Positions 50,781-58,777 of a DNA stretch of 60,498 bases are shown here, piece by piece (positions within the stretch are counted from its first letter, which is position 1; every line of letters starts with the position of its first letter). The stretch spans positions 1 to 60,498 of the forward strand of contig DXHS01000069.1 in assembly GCA_019113275.1 (NCBI GenBank), read 5' to 3'. A model generated the notes under the pieces. The model did not search any database, was not told the origin of the DNA, and saw only the letters and a program-made list of their open reading frames with translations. Position numbers and translations under genes: made by a program. The DNA is from Candidatus Protoclostridium stercorigallinarum (GTDB taxonomy: Bacteria > Bacillota > Clostridia > Christensenellales > Pumilibacteraceae).

Positions 50781-50814
50781 AACTATTCGCAAAAGCTGAC
50801 TTTTGCGAATAGTT
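50781..50814. repeat. Perfect 15-bp inverted repeat AACTATTCGCAAAAG-CTGA-CTTTTGCGAATAGTT
   Basis: Read directly. No adjacent U-tract on either strand. Confidence 0.8.
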
Positions 50815-50888
50815 TATATATATGCCCTTTTGCTCTCCCCGCACGTTTTTGCGCGTAAAAATTATCCGAACCAAGATTTTTACACATA

Positions 50889-51569
50889 TTATATCAGTTC
50901 CATAACGAACCGATACCTGTCGAGTTCCTTACGGCGCGCCTTACAATCCGGCATAAAATATCCGACGCGTTTCCAGAATTTTTCCGAGTGGTTCATCTCT
51001 GCCGTGTGGCACAGCTCGTGCAGGATAACATAGTCGATCAGGCGCTCCGGCAGCGCCGCCAAACGATAGTTCAATCGTATCACGCCGTCGTCGGCACAAC
51101 TGCCCCACTTTCCTTTCGCGGACGACAATGCGAACGAAGCGTAAGTATACCCCGTCGTGTCCGCCATGCGGCGCAAGCGAGACGACAGTTCTTTCTTCGC
51201 GATTTTTTTATACCAGCGCGCCAGGATAAGACGTTTGCCGGCATCGTCGTGCGCCACGGGCAACCGCAGCGTCCTCCCATCAAAGCGCGTCGCGCGCGAC
51301 GCGGGATCGTACAGCACTTCCGCCGGATAGCCGAACAGATATACGGCATTTCCGCCGAGCCCGAGAAGAAGCTCTTCCCTGTTACGCGCGGTCTCCGTAA
51401 GTTTTCTCTCTATCCAGCCGCTTTTCCGGCGCAGAAAATCCTCCACATGCTGCCTTAAACGCGGTGAGCTGTCATACTCGTTCGGCACCTTGACGATGAC
51501 CGCCCCGTCTTTGACCACTATGGATATCGTGCGCCTTGCGCTGCGCTGTATCGTATAACCGTCACTCAT
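50889..51569 (-). CDS. YgjP-like (DUF45, M48-like) zinc metallohydrolase
   Basis: HExxH motif ILHELCHTAEMNHSEKFW. N-terminus ..IQRSARRTISIVVKDGAVIVKVP is typical of DUF45. Confidence 0.85.
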   Translation of the reverse strand: MSDGYTIQRSARRTISIVVKDGAVIVKVPNEYDSSPRLRQHVEDFLRRKSGWIERKLTETARNREELLLGLGGNAVYLFGYPAEVLYDPASRATRFDGRTLRLPVAHDDAGKRLILARWYKKIAKKELSSRLRRMADTTGYTYASFALSSAKGKWGSCADDGVIRLNYRLAALPERLIDYVILHELCHTAEMNHSEKFWKRVGYFMPDCKARRKELDRYRFVMELI

Positions 51570-51575
51570 AAACCG

Positions 51576-51604
51576 ATTATAGTTCTTTGCGATCGATAAG
51601 TCAA
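51576..51604 (-). promoter_or_regulatory. sigmaA-type promoter TTGACT-17-TATAAT, 6 nt upstream of the ygjP-like ATG
   Basis: Minus strand reads TATAAT-CGGTTT-ATG. No Shine-Dalgarno. Confidence 0.6.
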
Positions 51605-51714
51605 TGATTTTGTGCGATCTTCACGATTTTTCGGCTATAGCGTTTCAATGACGGGCATGTCACGGATTTTCGCCATAAAGCGCGGCGCGACTTGCATTTG
51701 TATTCCGAATATCA

Positions 51715-51743
51715 TTGACAAAAACTACTATGTGTGGTAGAAT
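51715..51743 (+). promoter_or_regulatory. sigmaA-type promoter TTGACA-17-(TGg)TAGAAT, 6 nt upstream of the padR-like ATG
   Basis: TAGAAT-ATATTT-ATG. No Shine-Dalgarno. ATGT-N8-ATAT (51730-51745) overlaps the -10 box. Confidence 0.6.
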
Positions 51744-51749
51744 ATATTT

Positions 51750-53654
51750 ATGCTTAATTCTATTAACAGCGATCTTATTCGCGGCCATATAGATACCATA
51801 ATCCTTAGCGTTCTCCGTGAAGGCGACCGCTACGGGTATGATATCCTCGGCGAAATAGAAAAGAAAAGCGGCGGGCAGTATACTCTTAAGCAGCCTACTC
51901 TTTACAGCTGCCTGAAAAGGCTGGAGACTCAGGGATTCATTTACAAATACTGGGGCACCGAATCGGGAGGCGGCCGTCGGACGTACTACTCTCTTACCGA
52001 GATGGGAAAGGAGCTTTTCCTGAAAAACAAAGACGAATGGGAGCATTCACGTGGTGTGATAGATATGCTCATCTCGTCCTCGGGCTCCCCCGTTCGTCCG
52101 TACGTTCTTGTTCCCGAGGGCGAAGAAGCTCCGGCAAACGCCGTGAAGGAAGGCGACGACAGCGACGAAGAGGAGCTCTCCCCTGCCGCCGCGGACGAGC
52201 AAACGACAGCCGAAGAAACGGTCACCGCCGAGACCACGGAAGAAACCGAAGAAATCGAGAAAGAAGAGCCCGCGGAAACGGATGTTCCGGCAGCCGACGA
52301 AGCGAGCGACGCCGACGAAGAACAAACGGCGAACATTGCTGCGGACGAGCCGACAGAAGAGACCGCCGACGGATCGGCGCACGACGAACTTTCCGAACGG
52401 CTGTATAACGACATCCTCGCGGAAGCGGAAAGCGAGCGCCTGCTCGCCGACAGCCGCACGGAAGAAGAGGACGAAGCGGATCGCGACAGGCTTCTCGGCG
52501 TCAGCTATGCGGACAGGCTCACTACGGACGAACCTCGGCGCGACGCGACGGTCGAACCGAGCGACGAACTGTACGAAGGCGTTTATTCCTCGTCCGATTA
52601 TTTCCGCGATTACGACGGCGAAGACGAAGACGAAACTTACGAAGGCGAAGAGATAGACGTATTTGACGAACCTTCGGCTGCCGATACATACACGGAAACA
52701 TCGGAAACGGCGGAAAGTTCTTCTGCCGAGACAGGCACCGAATACTATTCGTCAAGCGGCACGTATACCGACGGCGAAAGCGCCACCGTGACCATGTCAG
52801 GCGAAGAGACGTCCACCGCGTCCGCGGGCGCCGCGGAAGAAGCGGTCGAAGACGAGCAGACGGACGACGGCACGGTATTCCGCCCCTACGATGACGGAGA
52901 CATCGCCGAAGACGCCCGCCGCGAAATGATAATACAGCGCGGTTACAGAAACGTGATACGCGATCTGCTCCGCGGCGAATACGACGGCAACGAGATGTTC
53001 CCCTATTACGACGACGACAGCTACTCCCCCGCTCCCGAAAGCAACTATGTCGCGGCTACCGATCCGGAAAGCGCGGACACGAGGTCTTACGGCGTATCGA
53101 CGGGCACTCAGGCGGACTTTTCCAATCTGCTCACGGCTGTCCGCAGTATGGGCGACGAGATACGCATCCGCACGCACAGCAGCAGCGCCGATAAGGAATA
53201 CAACAGCGCATATCAGTACTACTCGAACAAACTCCTGCTGTACAAGTACGGCATACTGTTCCTGCTGATGGCTGCCGAGATCATAATACCCTATCTCATT
53301 ATCAAATTTGCGGTAGGCGTCGAGATAAAATACGAAGTGCTCACGCTCGTGCTCTCGATAACCGGTGCCGCGATACTGCCGATATACGCGGTGGTCGCAA
53401 ACATGATAGACCCGTACAAGCGCAAGCGTTACGACTTCTCGATGAAGAATTCGGTACTGTTCAGGCTTGCGGTCATGGCGCTCATGCTCGTGCTGATATA
53501 TGCGGCGAACGTCGTGCTGTTCATGGATATAGCCTTCGACGCGGAATACGCGTTCAGCCTTATCACGCCGGCGCTCATGAGCACGAACATCCCGCTCAGT
53601 CCCATAATCTTCCAGACGTTATACGATACCAAACGCTTCAATGTAGAAGGATAA
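51750..53654 (+). CDS. PadR-family regulator fused to a long acidic low-complexity linker and a C-terminal multi-TM domain
   Basis: N-terminus LIRGHIDTIILSVLREGDRYGYDI..KQPTLYSCLKRLE..RRTYYSLTE. About 370 aa rich in D, E, T and S. About 4 C-terminal TM helices. Confidence 0.85.
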   Translation: MLNSINSDLIRGHIDTIILSVLREGDRYGYDILGEIEKKSGGQYTLKQPTLYSCLKRLETQGFIYKYWGTESGGGRRTYYSLTEMGKELFLKNKDEWEHSRGVIDMLISSSGSPVRPYVLVPEGEEAPANAVKEGDDSDEEELSPAAADEQTTAEETVTAETTEETEEIEKEEPAETDVPAADEASDADEEQTANIAADEPTEETADGSAHDELSERLYNDILAEAESERLLADSRTEEEDEADRDRLLGVSYADRLTTDEPRRDATVEPSDELYEGVYSSSDYFRDYDGEDEDETYEGEEIDVFDEPSAADTYTETSETAESSSAETGTEYYSSSGTYTDGESATVTMSGEETSTASAGAAEEAVEDEQTDDGTVFRPYDDGDIAEDARREMIIQRGYRNVIRDLLRGEYDGNEMFPYYDDDSYSPAPESNYVAATDPESADTRSYGVSTGTQADFSNLLTAVRSMGDEIRIRTHSSSADKEYNSAYQYYSNKLLLYKYGILFLLMAAEIIIPYLIIKFAVGVEIKYEVLTLVLSITGAAILPIYAVVANMIDPYKRKRYDFSMKNSVLFRLAVMALMLVLIYAANVVLFMDIAFDAEYAFSLITPALMSTNIPLSPIIFQTLYDTKRFNVEG

Positions 53655-53698
53655 AAAAAACATATCGGGCTGCGGTCGCAGCCCGATATGTTTTTTAT
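53653..53698. terminator. Bidirectional terminator
   Basis: A-run, CATATCGGGCTGC / GCAGCCCGATATG, T-run. Confidence 0.85.
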
Positions 53699-54462
53699 TC
53701 GTCTTTATTATCTGCTTTATCCCCGCCGTTTTTGCTTTCGGCTCCGCTTCCCGCCGCCGAAGTACGGCGCTTTTTCTTTCTTATCTTAAATATCATGAGG
53801 AGTATCGTCGTCGCGACCACAACGACCACCACGGCTACGGCGACCGGAATGCCCCAGCTGCTCCATGCTTCGGTGGCGCTCTTACCGAGAAACGTGACGA
53901 GCGCGATCATCACGGGGCGCGCAAGCACTACGGACACCGAAAAGAACGGCAGACTCATGCTCGCCGCGCCAGCGATCAGGCAGATAACGTCGTCGGGGAA
54001 AAACGGCAGAAGCAGCATTATCACAAAAAGCGATCTGCCGTTCTCCGTTATGATACGCGAATATTTCTCCGTTTTCTCTCTGCCTGCAAGCCAAATCACT
54101 ACGCGCTTTCCGAAAACTCTGCCGAGCGCATAGCATATGAAAGAGCCGACGAGCGTTGCCGCCGTAGTGACGAGAAACGTCACCCAGGCATTGTCGAACA
54201 GTACCGTCGCCAGGTAATTCATTACGGTAGACGGTACGGGCAGGAACACCACCGAGCACAATACGAACGCCGCATAAACGAGAACCGCCCAATGCCCCTT
54301 GGAGTTTATCCAATCGGCAAGCGCTTCTACGTCGCGCAATTTATCCCACAGTCCGAATGCGTCGAAAATACATACGGCGGCGGCGACTATCGCCACTACC
54401 ACCGCCGCGATCACTATTATCTTGCGGAATAAGGTAAAGTTGTCCGTATTTTCGCGCTTCAT
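53695..54462 (-). CDS. TVP38/TMEM64 (DedA-related) family membrane protein
   Basis: VFLPVPSTV..., LLLPFFPDDVICLIAG motif. Confidence 0.85.
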   Translation of the reverse strand: MKRENTDNFTLFRKIIVIAAVVVAIVAAAVCIFDAFGLWDKLRDVEALADWINSKGHWAVLVYAAFVLCSVVFLPVPSTVMNYLATVLFDNAWVTFLVTTAATLVGSFICYALGRVFGKRVVIWLAGREKTEKYSRIITENGRSLFVIMLLLPFFPDDVICLIAGAASMSLPFFSVSVVLARPVMIALVTFLGKSATEAWSSWGIPVAVAVVVVVVATTILLMIFKIRKKKRRTSAAGSGAESKNGGDKADNKDE

Positions 54463-54471
54463 CCGTTTGTA

Positions 54472-54930
54472 TTATTTTATCCCGTCCGAAGATGTTTTAT
54501 CACGTTTATCCTGCGACTTGACTATCTCTCCGCGGGCAAGCTCGTCGCAACGGTTGTTGTATTCGTTATCCGAGTGACCTTTGACCTTATGGAACGTCAC
54601 TTTATGCATTTTGGTGAGAGCGATGAGTTCGTGCCACAGCTCGGGATTTTTGACGTTTTTCCACTCTCTGCGTTCCCAACCCGCGATCCAGTTTTGCAGG
54701 AACGCGTTGACGACATAAGCCGAATCGCTGTACACGTGAACGATGCAGGGTTCTTTGAGCCTTTTGAGCCCCTCTATGACGCCCGTAAGCTCCATTTTGT
54801 TGTTCGTCGTATAAGCGGCGCCTCCGCTCATTTCAAGCCGCGCGTCGCCGTACATCAGGATGGCGCCCCAGCCGCCCACGCCGGGATTACCGCTGCACGC
54901 TCCGTCGGTATACAATATGACTTCTTTCAT
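54472..54930 (-). CDS. rnhA: Ribonuclease HI
   Basis: LYTDGACSGNPG.GGWG, TNN.MEL, VKGHSDNEYNNRCDELA. Confidence 0.95.
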   Translation of the reverse strand: MKEVILYTDGACSGNPGVGGWGAILMYGDARLEMSGGAAYTTNNKMELTGVIEGLKRLKEPCIVHVYSDSAYVVNAFLQNWIAGWERREWKNVKNPELWHELIALTKMHKVTFHKVKGHSDNEYNNRCDELARGEIVKSQDKRDKTSSDGIK

Positions 54931-54931
54931 A

Positions 54932-55720
54932 TCATTTGCCCGAAGAAAGCTCTCTGCTGCGCGATATGGCGGCGTTCACCGCGCTTATCACAAGTTCGTC
55001 GAAATTGCCTTTATCGAGCGCATAAATGCCCTCTATCGTCGTACCGCCCTTGCTGCACACGTTGTTTATCATGGTCTGCATCTCGTCCAGCGAAGAAGCG
55101 GAAGAAAGCATGTCCATGCACGCGGATACGCAATAGAGAGACATATCGCGCGCCTGCTCGAACGTCATACCGTTTCTCACGCCGCATTCGGTGAGCGCAC
55201 GAGCATACCTGAACGTATATGCGGGAGAGCTGCCCGTAAGCCCCGTAATGACGTCGAAATACGATTCGTCGAACTTCTCCGCAAGGCCGAAGCACGAAAG
55301 CAGATCCTCGGCAAGCTTCGTTTCTTCCTCATCCAGACCCACGGGGCAATATGCGTTGACGGACTTCCCCACTCTCGCGCAGAGATTGGGCATGACGCGG
55401 ACGATCTTTTCCGCGCCTTTGCACAGCGAACGCAATTTGGCTATATTCGTTCCCGCCATTATCGAAACGACGATCTTGCCGGAAAAATCGAGTCCCGAGA
55501 GAGCGTCCGCCGCCGACTGCGGTTTAACGGAAAGAAATACCACATCGCTGCGGCTTACCAGCTCCGACGCGGAAGCGCACATTTCCGCATTGCCGTCGGG
55601 AGCCGAAGAACTGACATCGTATGCGCGAATACCGTCCGTTTTGCCACAGGACGAAAAAGAAGCCGCTATGGCTTTCGCCATATTGCCGTAACCTATAAAG
55701 CCCACATTAACTCTTTTCAT
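54932..55720 (-). CDS. proC: Pyrroline-5-carboxylate reductase
   Basis: VGFIGYGNMAKAI, C-terminal GGTTIEG motif. Confidence 0.93.
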   Translation of the reverse strand: MKRVNVGFIGYGNMAKAIAASFSSCGKTDGIRAYDVSSSAPDGNAEMCASASELVSRSDVVFLSVKPQSAADALSGLDFSGKIVVSIMAGTNIAKLRSLCKGAEKIVRVMPNLCARVGKSVNAYCPVGLDEEETKLAEDLLSCFGLAEKFDESYFDVITGLTGSSPAYTFRYARALTECGVRNGMTFEQARDMSLYCVSACMDMLSSASSLDEMQTMINNVCSKGGTTIEGIYALDKGNFDELVISAVNAAISRSRELSSGK

Positions 55721-55746
55721 AATTTGATTTTACTCCGCTATTTTAT

Positions 55747-55775
55747 TTGACAAATTTTCAGATATATAATATAAT
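55747..55775 (+). promoter_or_regulatory. sigmaA-type promoter TTGACA-17-TATAAT for tRNA-Trp
   Basis: Read directly. Confidence 0.65.
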
Positions 55776-55794
55776 GATTTTCGGCACGATCCGA

Positions 55795-55868
55795 AGGGGA
55801 TTGGTCAAATGGTATGACAAGGGTCTCCAAAACCTTTGGTGGGAGTTCGATTCTCTCATCCCCTGCCA
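55795..55868 (+). tRNA. tRNA-Trp: tRNA-Trp (anticodon CCA), CCA end encoded
   Basis: Manual cloverleaf: acceptor AGGGGAT/ATCCCCT, D arm GTCA/TGAC, anticodon stem AGGGT/ACCTT with loop CUCCAAA, T arm GGGAG-TTCGATT-CTCTC. 74 nt. Confidence 0.93.
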
Positions 55869-55869
55869 C

Positions 55870-55902
55870 GACGGGAAACGCAAATGCGTTTCCCGTCTTT
55901 CT
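55870..55902 (+). terminator. Rho-independent terminator
   Basis: GACGGGAAACGC / GCGTTTCCCGTC plus TTTCT. Confidence 0.8.
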
Positions 55903-55983
55903 ATATATTTTACTCCCGCGGCGGACAAAAGTCAAACGGACATGCGGAAATAGAGCCAAATTTATCAAACGCCGTAAATGCGC

Positions 55984-56013
55984 TTGCCGCCCGCCGCCGA
56001 GATGTGGTATACT
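55984..56013 (+). promoter_or_regulatory. Candidate promoter TTGCCG-18-(TGg)TATACT, 6 nt upstream of ATG 56020
   Basis: Read directly. Weak -35 but an extended -10. Confidence 0.4.
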
Positions 56014-56019
56014 TCAGAC

Positions 56020-56298
56020 ATGATACCCCTTGACGAAATGCGTATAGGCGCGAAATATTGGTTCGACCTCGGCGAATACTTCGCTTTCGGCACTTTCGCC
56101 GAACGAGACGCCGACATCATCGCCGTGAACGAAGCGCTGATATACATGCGCGCCAACCGTAACAGATTTTTCTTCGAAGAGCGCTTTCTGATAGACGCCG
56201 TAAGACTGAAGAATATCACGGTGGACGAGCCCGACGGCAGCGAGGACGCTTCCTCATACTTCGCCGATTACGATTACGGAAAATTGAGCAAACACTGA
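56020..56298 (+). CDS. Hypothetical small protein (92 aa from ATG 56020; track ORF starts at 55978)
   Basis: The open frame ends 12 nt before the next RBS. No recognisable motif. Start chosen from the promoter geometry. Confidence 0.5.
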   Translation: MIPLDEMRIGAKYWFDLGEYFAFGTFAERDADIIAVNEALIYMRANRNRFFFEERFLIDAVRLKNITVDEPDGSEDASSYFADYDYGKLSKH

Positions 56299-56310
56299 AA
56301 GGAGATCGCC

Positions 56311-57090
56311 ATGACAAAAGAAACTCTGCTTAAAAACACCGACGTTTTTCTGTTCGACTTAGACGGCACCGTATATCTCGGAGAAACGCTTATCGGTGAC
56401 GTCAGAAATACGCTCGGATGCCTGCGCGACATGAATAAGCGCATAGTTTATCTTACGAATAATTCGTCTAAGGCCGAAGAAGAATACGTGAAAAAGCTCA
56501 CCCGCATCGGCGTATATGACGGCAGAGATACCGTCTACACGTCGGCTATGGCTGCGGCGGAATACGTCGCGGCGCATTTTAGCGGCAAACGCGTGTACCT
56601 GCTCGCGACGGATGCCGTAAAAGCGGAATTTTCCCGCACGGTGCCTCTCGTAGAAGACGACCCGGAAATAGTCATCCTCGCTTACGATACGACTCTCGAT
56701 TTCGGCAAAATGAAACTCTTCAACGAGTTCCTCGCAAAAGGCGCGTATTATATTGCTACTCATCCCGATGCGGTCTGCCCTACGGCAGGCGTATCCATGC
56801 CCGACGTAGGCTCGTTCATAGAACTGTTCTTCACCTCGTCTGGAAGGCGTCCCGATATCGTTATCGGTAAACCCGGCACCGTCATGGGCGAATGTATGGA
56901 GCGGCGGCTCTCCGTCCCCCGATCGCGCATGTGCATGGTCGGAGACCGCATGCATACCGACATACGCTTCGGCAATAACTGCGGCATGCATACCGTGCTC
57001 GTTCTCAGCGGTGAAACGACAACGAAGTCCATGAAAAATTTCCCGGACGTTCCCGATCTCATACTGCCGGACGTCAACGCTATCATATAA
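56311..57090 (+). CDS. HAD-IIA family hydrolase (NagD-like sugar phosphatase)
   Basis: FLFDLDGTVY, YLTNNSS, GKP, MVGDRMHTDI. Confidence 0.9.
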   Translation: MTKETLLKNTDVFLFDLDGTVYLGETLIGDVRNTLGCLRDMNKRIVYLTNNSSKAEEEYVKKLTRIGVYDGRDTVYTSAMAAAEYVAAHFSGKRVYLLATDAVKAEFSRTVPLVEDDPEIVILAYDTTLDFGKMKLFNEFLAKGAYYIATHPDAVCPTAGVSMPDVGSFIELFFTSSGRRPDIVIGKPGTVMGECMERRLSVPRSRMCMVGDRMHTDIRFGNNCGMHTVLVLSGETTTKSMKNFPDVPDLILPDVNAII

Positions 57091-57129
57091 ATTTCGGCTC
57101 CGCAGACGCCATTGTCACGGAGCCGTTTT

Positions 57130-57735
57130 TTATTCGGGGTCGGGTTGCTGCCCGTCATGCGCTTTCCACATGCACTCGCCGAAAGAGAAATCCGAAAATA
57201 CGGCGCGGAATGAGGAATCTTCGGGCGAACACGCATATATGCCGAACGATATGCGCCCGCCTCCCTCGGACATGTGGCAGATACGCATCTGTGAAAATCT
57301 CACACCGTCATGTGAGCATTCCAGGCAATAATCGTCCTCCCGTCTGCTCAGGCGATACCACATCGTTTTCACGCCCGCGGGTATCTCCGTCGTTGCCCAA
57401 TCGGAATAGCCGTGATCTGTCACGACGCTGCCGAGATGAGCGAACTGCTCGTTTTCGTATTCCACTGACGCTTTGAGCCAGTTCTCACTGCCCAGGTACA
57501 TCACGACGCCGCATTGATCGAACCTATGGCGGCTGTCCGAAAAATCCGTCTTTACCGTGAAACTGAAATATTTTTTATCCGTTTCCGTCTGCAAAACGGG
57601 AGCGTTATCGTTGCGGAACTTATAATAAGTCCGTTGCCAAAGATCGGTATAAGGCAGCGTTACTATTTCCGCCGTATCGTTGCCTAAGCGAAAACTTTTA
57701 GGCGTTCTTGTCCATTTGAACGATCGGATATCCAT
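57130..57735 (-). CDS. DUF1349 (concanavalin-A-like lectin/glucanase fold) protein
   Basis: GAGGAGG RBS before ATG 57735. F.WTR.PK......D...I.T...TDLWQ.TYY pattern. Confidence 0.8.
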   Translation of the reverse strand: MDIRSFKWTRTPKSFRLGNDTAEIVTLPYTDLWQRTYYKFRNDNAPVLQTETDKKYFSFTVKTDFSDSRHRFDQCGVVMYLGSENWLKASVEYENEQFAHLGSVVTDHGYSDWATTEIPAGVKTMWYRLSRREDDYCLECSHDGVRFSQMRICHMSEGGGRISFGIYACSPEDSSFRAVFSDFSFGECMWKAHDGQQPDPE

Positions 57736-58712
57736 TATTCCTCCTCGCATATGTCGCACTCGTCTTTCCGCAGCTCGTGTCTGTCCGCTTCTTTTATCCT
57801 AAGTCGTTTTACTGCTTTTATGACCATGATCAAAGACATAGCAGTGACTATCGCGACAGCGCCGAATCCGACAAAAGCCTTGACCGCTTTCATGGAAGGA
57901 TCATCCGCATCGCCGTCACCGAATACGGCGATCATCATGACAGTCAACGATACTATCGATATCCCCGCGTCGGCTATATTTATATTACGCAATGACTGCA
58001 CTATCGGATCGCCGTACCGCCGTGCCTTTACGAAATTGACCGCAGCCATTATCGCCTTATAAAATGCATATGCCGCAGTTATTATCGCATATATGCCATC
58101 ACCTTCAATAGGGCGTTTGCTTGCCACCATCTGAATTATCGCGACGATGATCGCGACTTCAAGAACGGAAAGCATTGCTCCGCACACAAGATAAACCTTA
58201 AGCCCGGCACGGTATGACGAGACATCTTCGCTACGATACTTCTTTTTTGATACGGATCCTGCCACTACTACCACGACGCGTATTATTATCAACACCACAT
58301 AATACCCGGTTATCGCCCTGTACCATATAGCATCGTTTATCACGGCATTTACCCAATTCATTGCGGCAAACGCTACATTCACGACAAGCGACAATACGGC
58401 AAGCGCAACCGTTCTTTTGCCGTAGTCGCCGATCAACGCTCCGGTCACTTTATTTTCACGCAAACGGCCGGCAACGCGCCGAGCACCATCCGGAGCCGTT
58501 CTTACGACGGCATACACCGCGTACGCCAAAAACAATGCAGCGACCGCATACAGTACTATACATGCGGCATTCGTTTCTTCGATAAGTATGACTGCGACAA
58601 CACTTGCCGCCGCTAAAAGTAACGTAACAAAACACCATACGGCAACAAACCATACGGGCGGACAGGAAACAAACCGCAAAAAACGTGTTTTTCTGTTATT
58701 GTCGTCAGTCAT
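57735..58712 (-). CDS. Hypothetical polytopic membrane protein (about 8 TM helices)
   Basis: Hydrophobic helices throughout. The stop overlaps the DUF1349 start (TAATG). Confidence 0.6.
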   Translation of the reverse strand: MTDDNNRKTRFLRFVSCPPVWFVAVWCFVTLLLAAASVVAVILIEETNAACIVLYAVAALFLAYAVYAVVRTAPDGARRVAGRLRENKVTGALIGDYGKRTVALAVLSLVVNVAFAAMNWVNAVINDAIWYRAITGYYVVLIIIRVVVVVAGSVSKKKYRSEDVSSYRAGLKVYLVCGAMLSVLEVAIIVAIIQMVASKRPIEGDGIYAIITAAYAFYKAIMAAVNFVKARRYGDPIVQSLRNINIADAGISIVSLTVMMIAVFGDGDADDPSMKAVKAFVGFGAVAIVTAMSLIMVIKAVKRLRIKEADRHELRKDECDICEEE

Positions 58713-58738
58713 GTCTTTTCAAAATATGCCGTAAGCGC

Positions 58739-58767
58739 AAAGCGGCACGGAAGATCCGTGCCGCTTT
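58739..58767 (-). terminator. Hairpin downstream of rny
   Basis: AAAGCGGCACGG / CCGTGCCGCTTT. Interrupted U-tract. Confidence 0.55.
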
Positions 58768-58777
58768 TGCTTTGTCA

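Noticed and set aside
50380-50874. The 164-aa ORF (-) and the 66-aa ORF at 50481..50681 (+) in the recombinase/ygjP spacer.
   Set aside because: They are Cys/Arg/Asn-rich and have no RBS. The minus-strand ORF would run through the recombinase promoter. The region is treated as non-coding (see the finding on the spacer).
49283-50900. Possible att-like direct repeat ATATTATAT at about 49285 and about 50884, flanking the recombinase plus spacer. A related idea was that tRNA-Trp (55795) is the integration site of an element carrying the recombinase.
   Set aside because: A 9-bp match in AT-rich DNA is expected by chance. The tRNA is 5.4 kb away, separated by housekeeping genes (proC, rnhA), and its 3' end points away from the recombinase. 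No phage, conjugation or cargo genes are present.
51986-52755. Several ORFs on both strands inside the padR-like gene (51986..52459 -, 52037..52408 +, 52047..52382 -, 52282..52656 +, 52522..52755 -).
   Set aside because: They are low-complexity shadows of the GAA/GAC/ACG-rich acidic linker. I also looked for an exact DNA tandem repeat here and saw only compositional bias.
55738-56033. ORFs 55738..55968 (-), 55747..55953 (+), 55814..56023 (+) and 55836..56033 (+).
   Set aside because: They overlap the tRNA-Trp gene together with its promoter and terminator. They have no RBS or coding signature.
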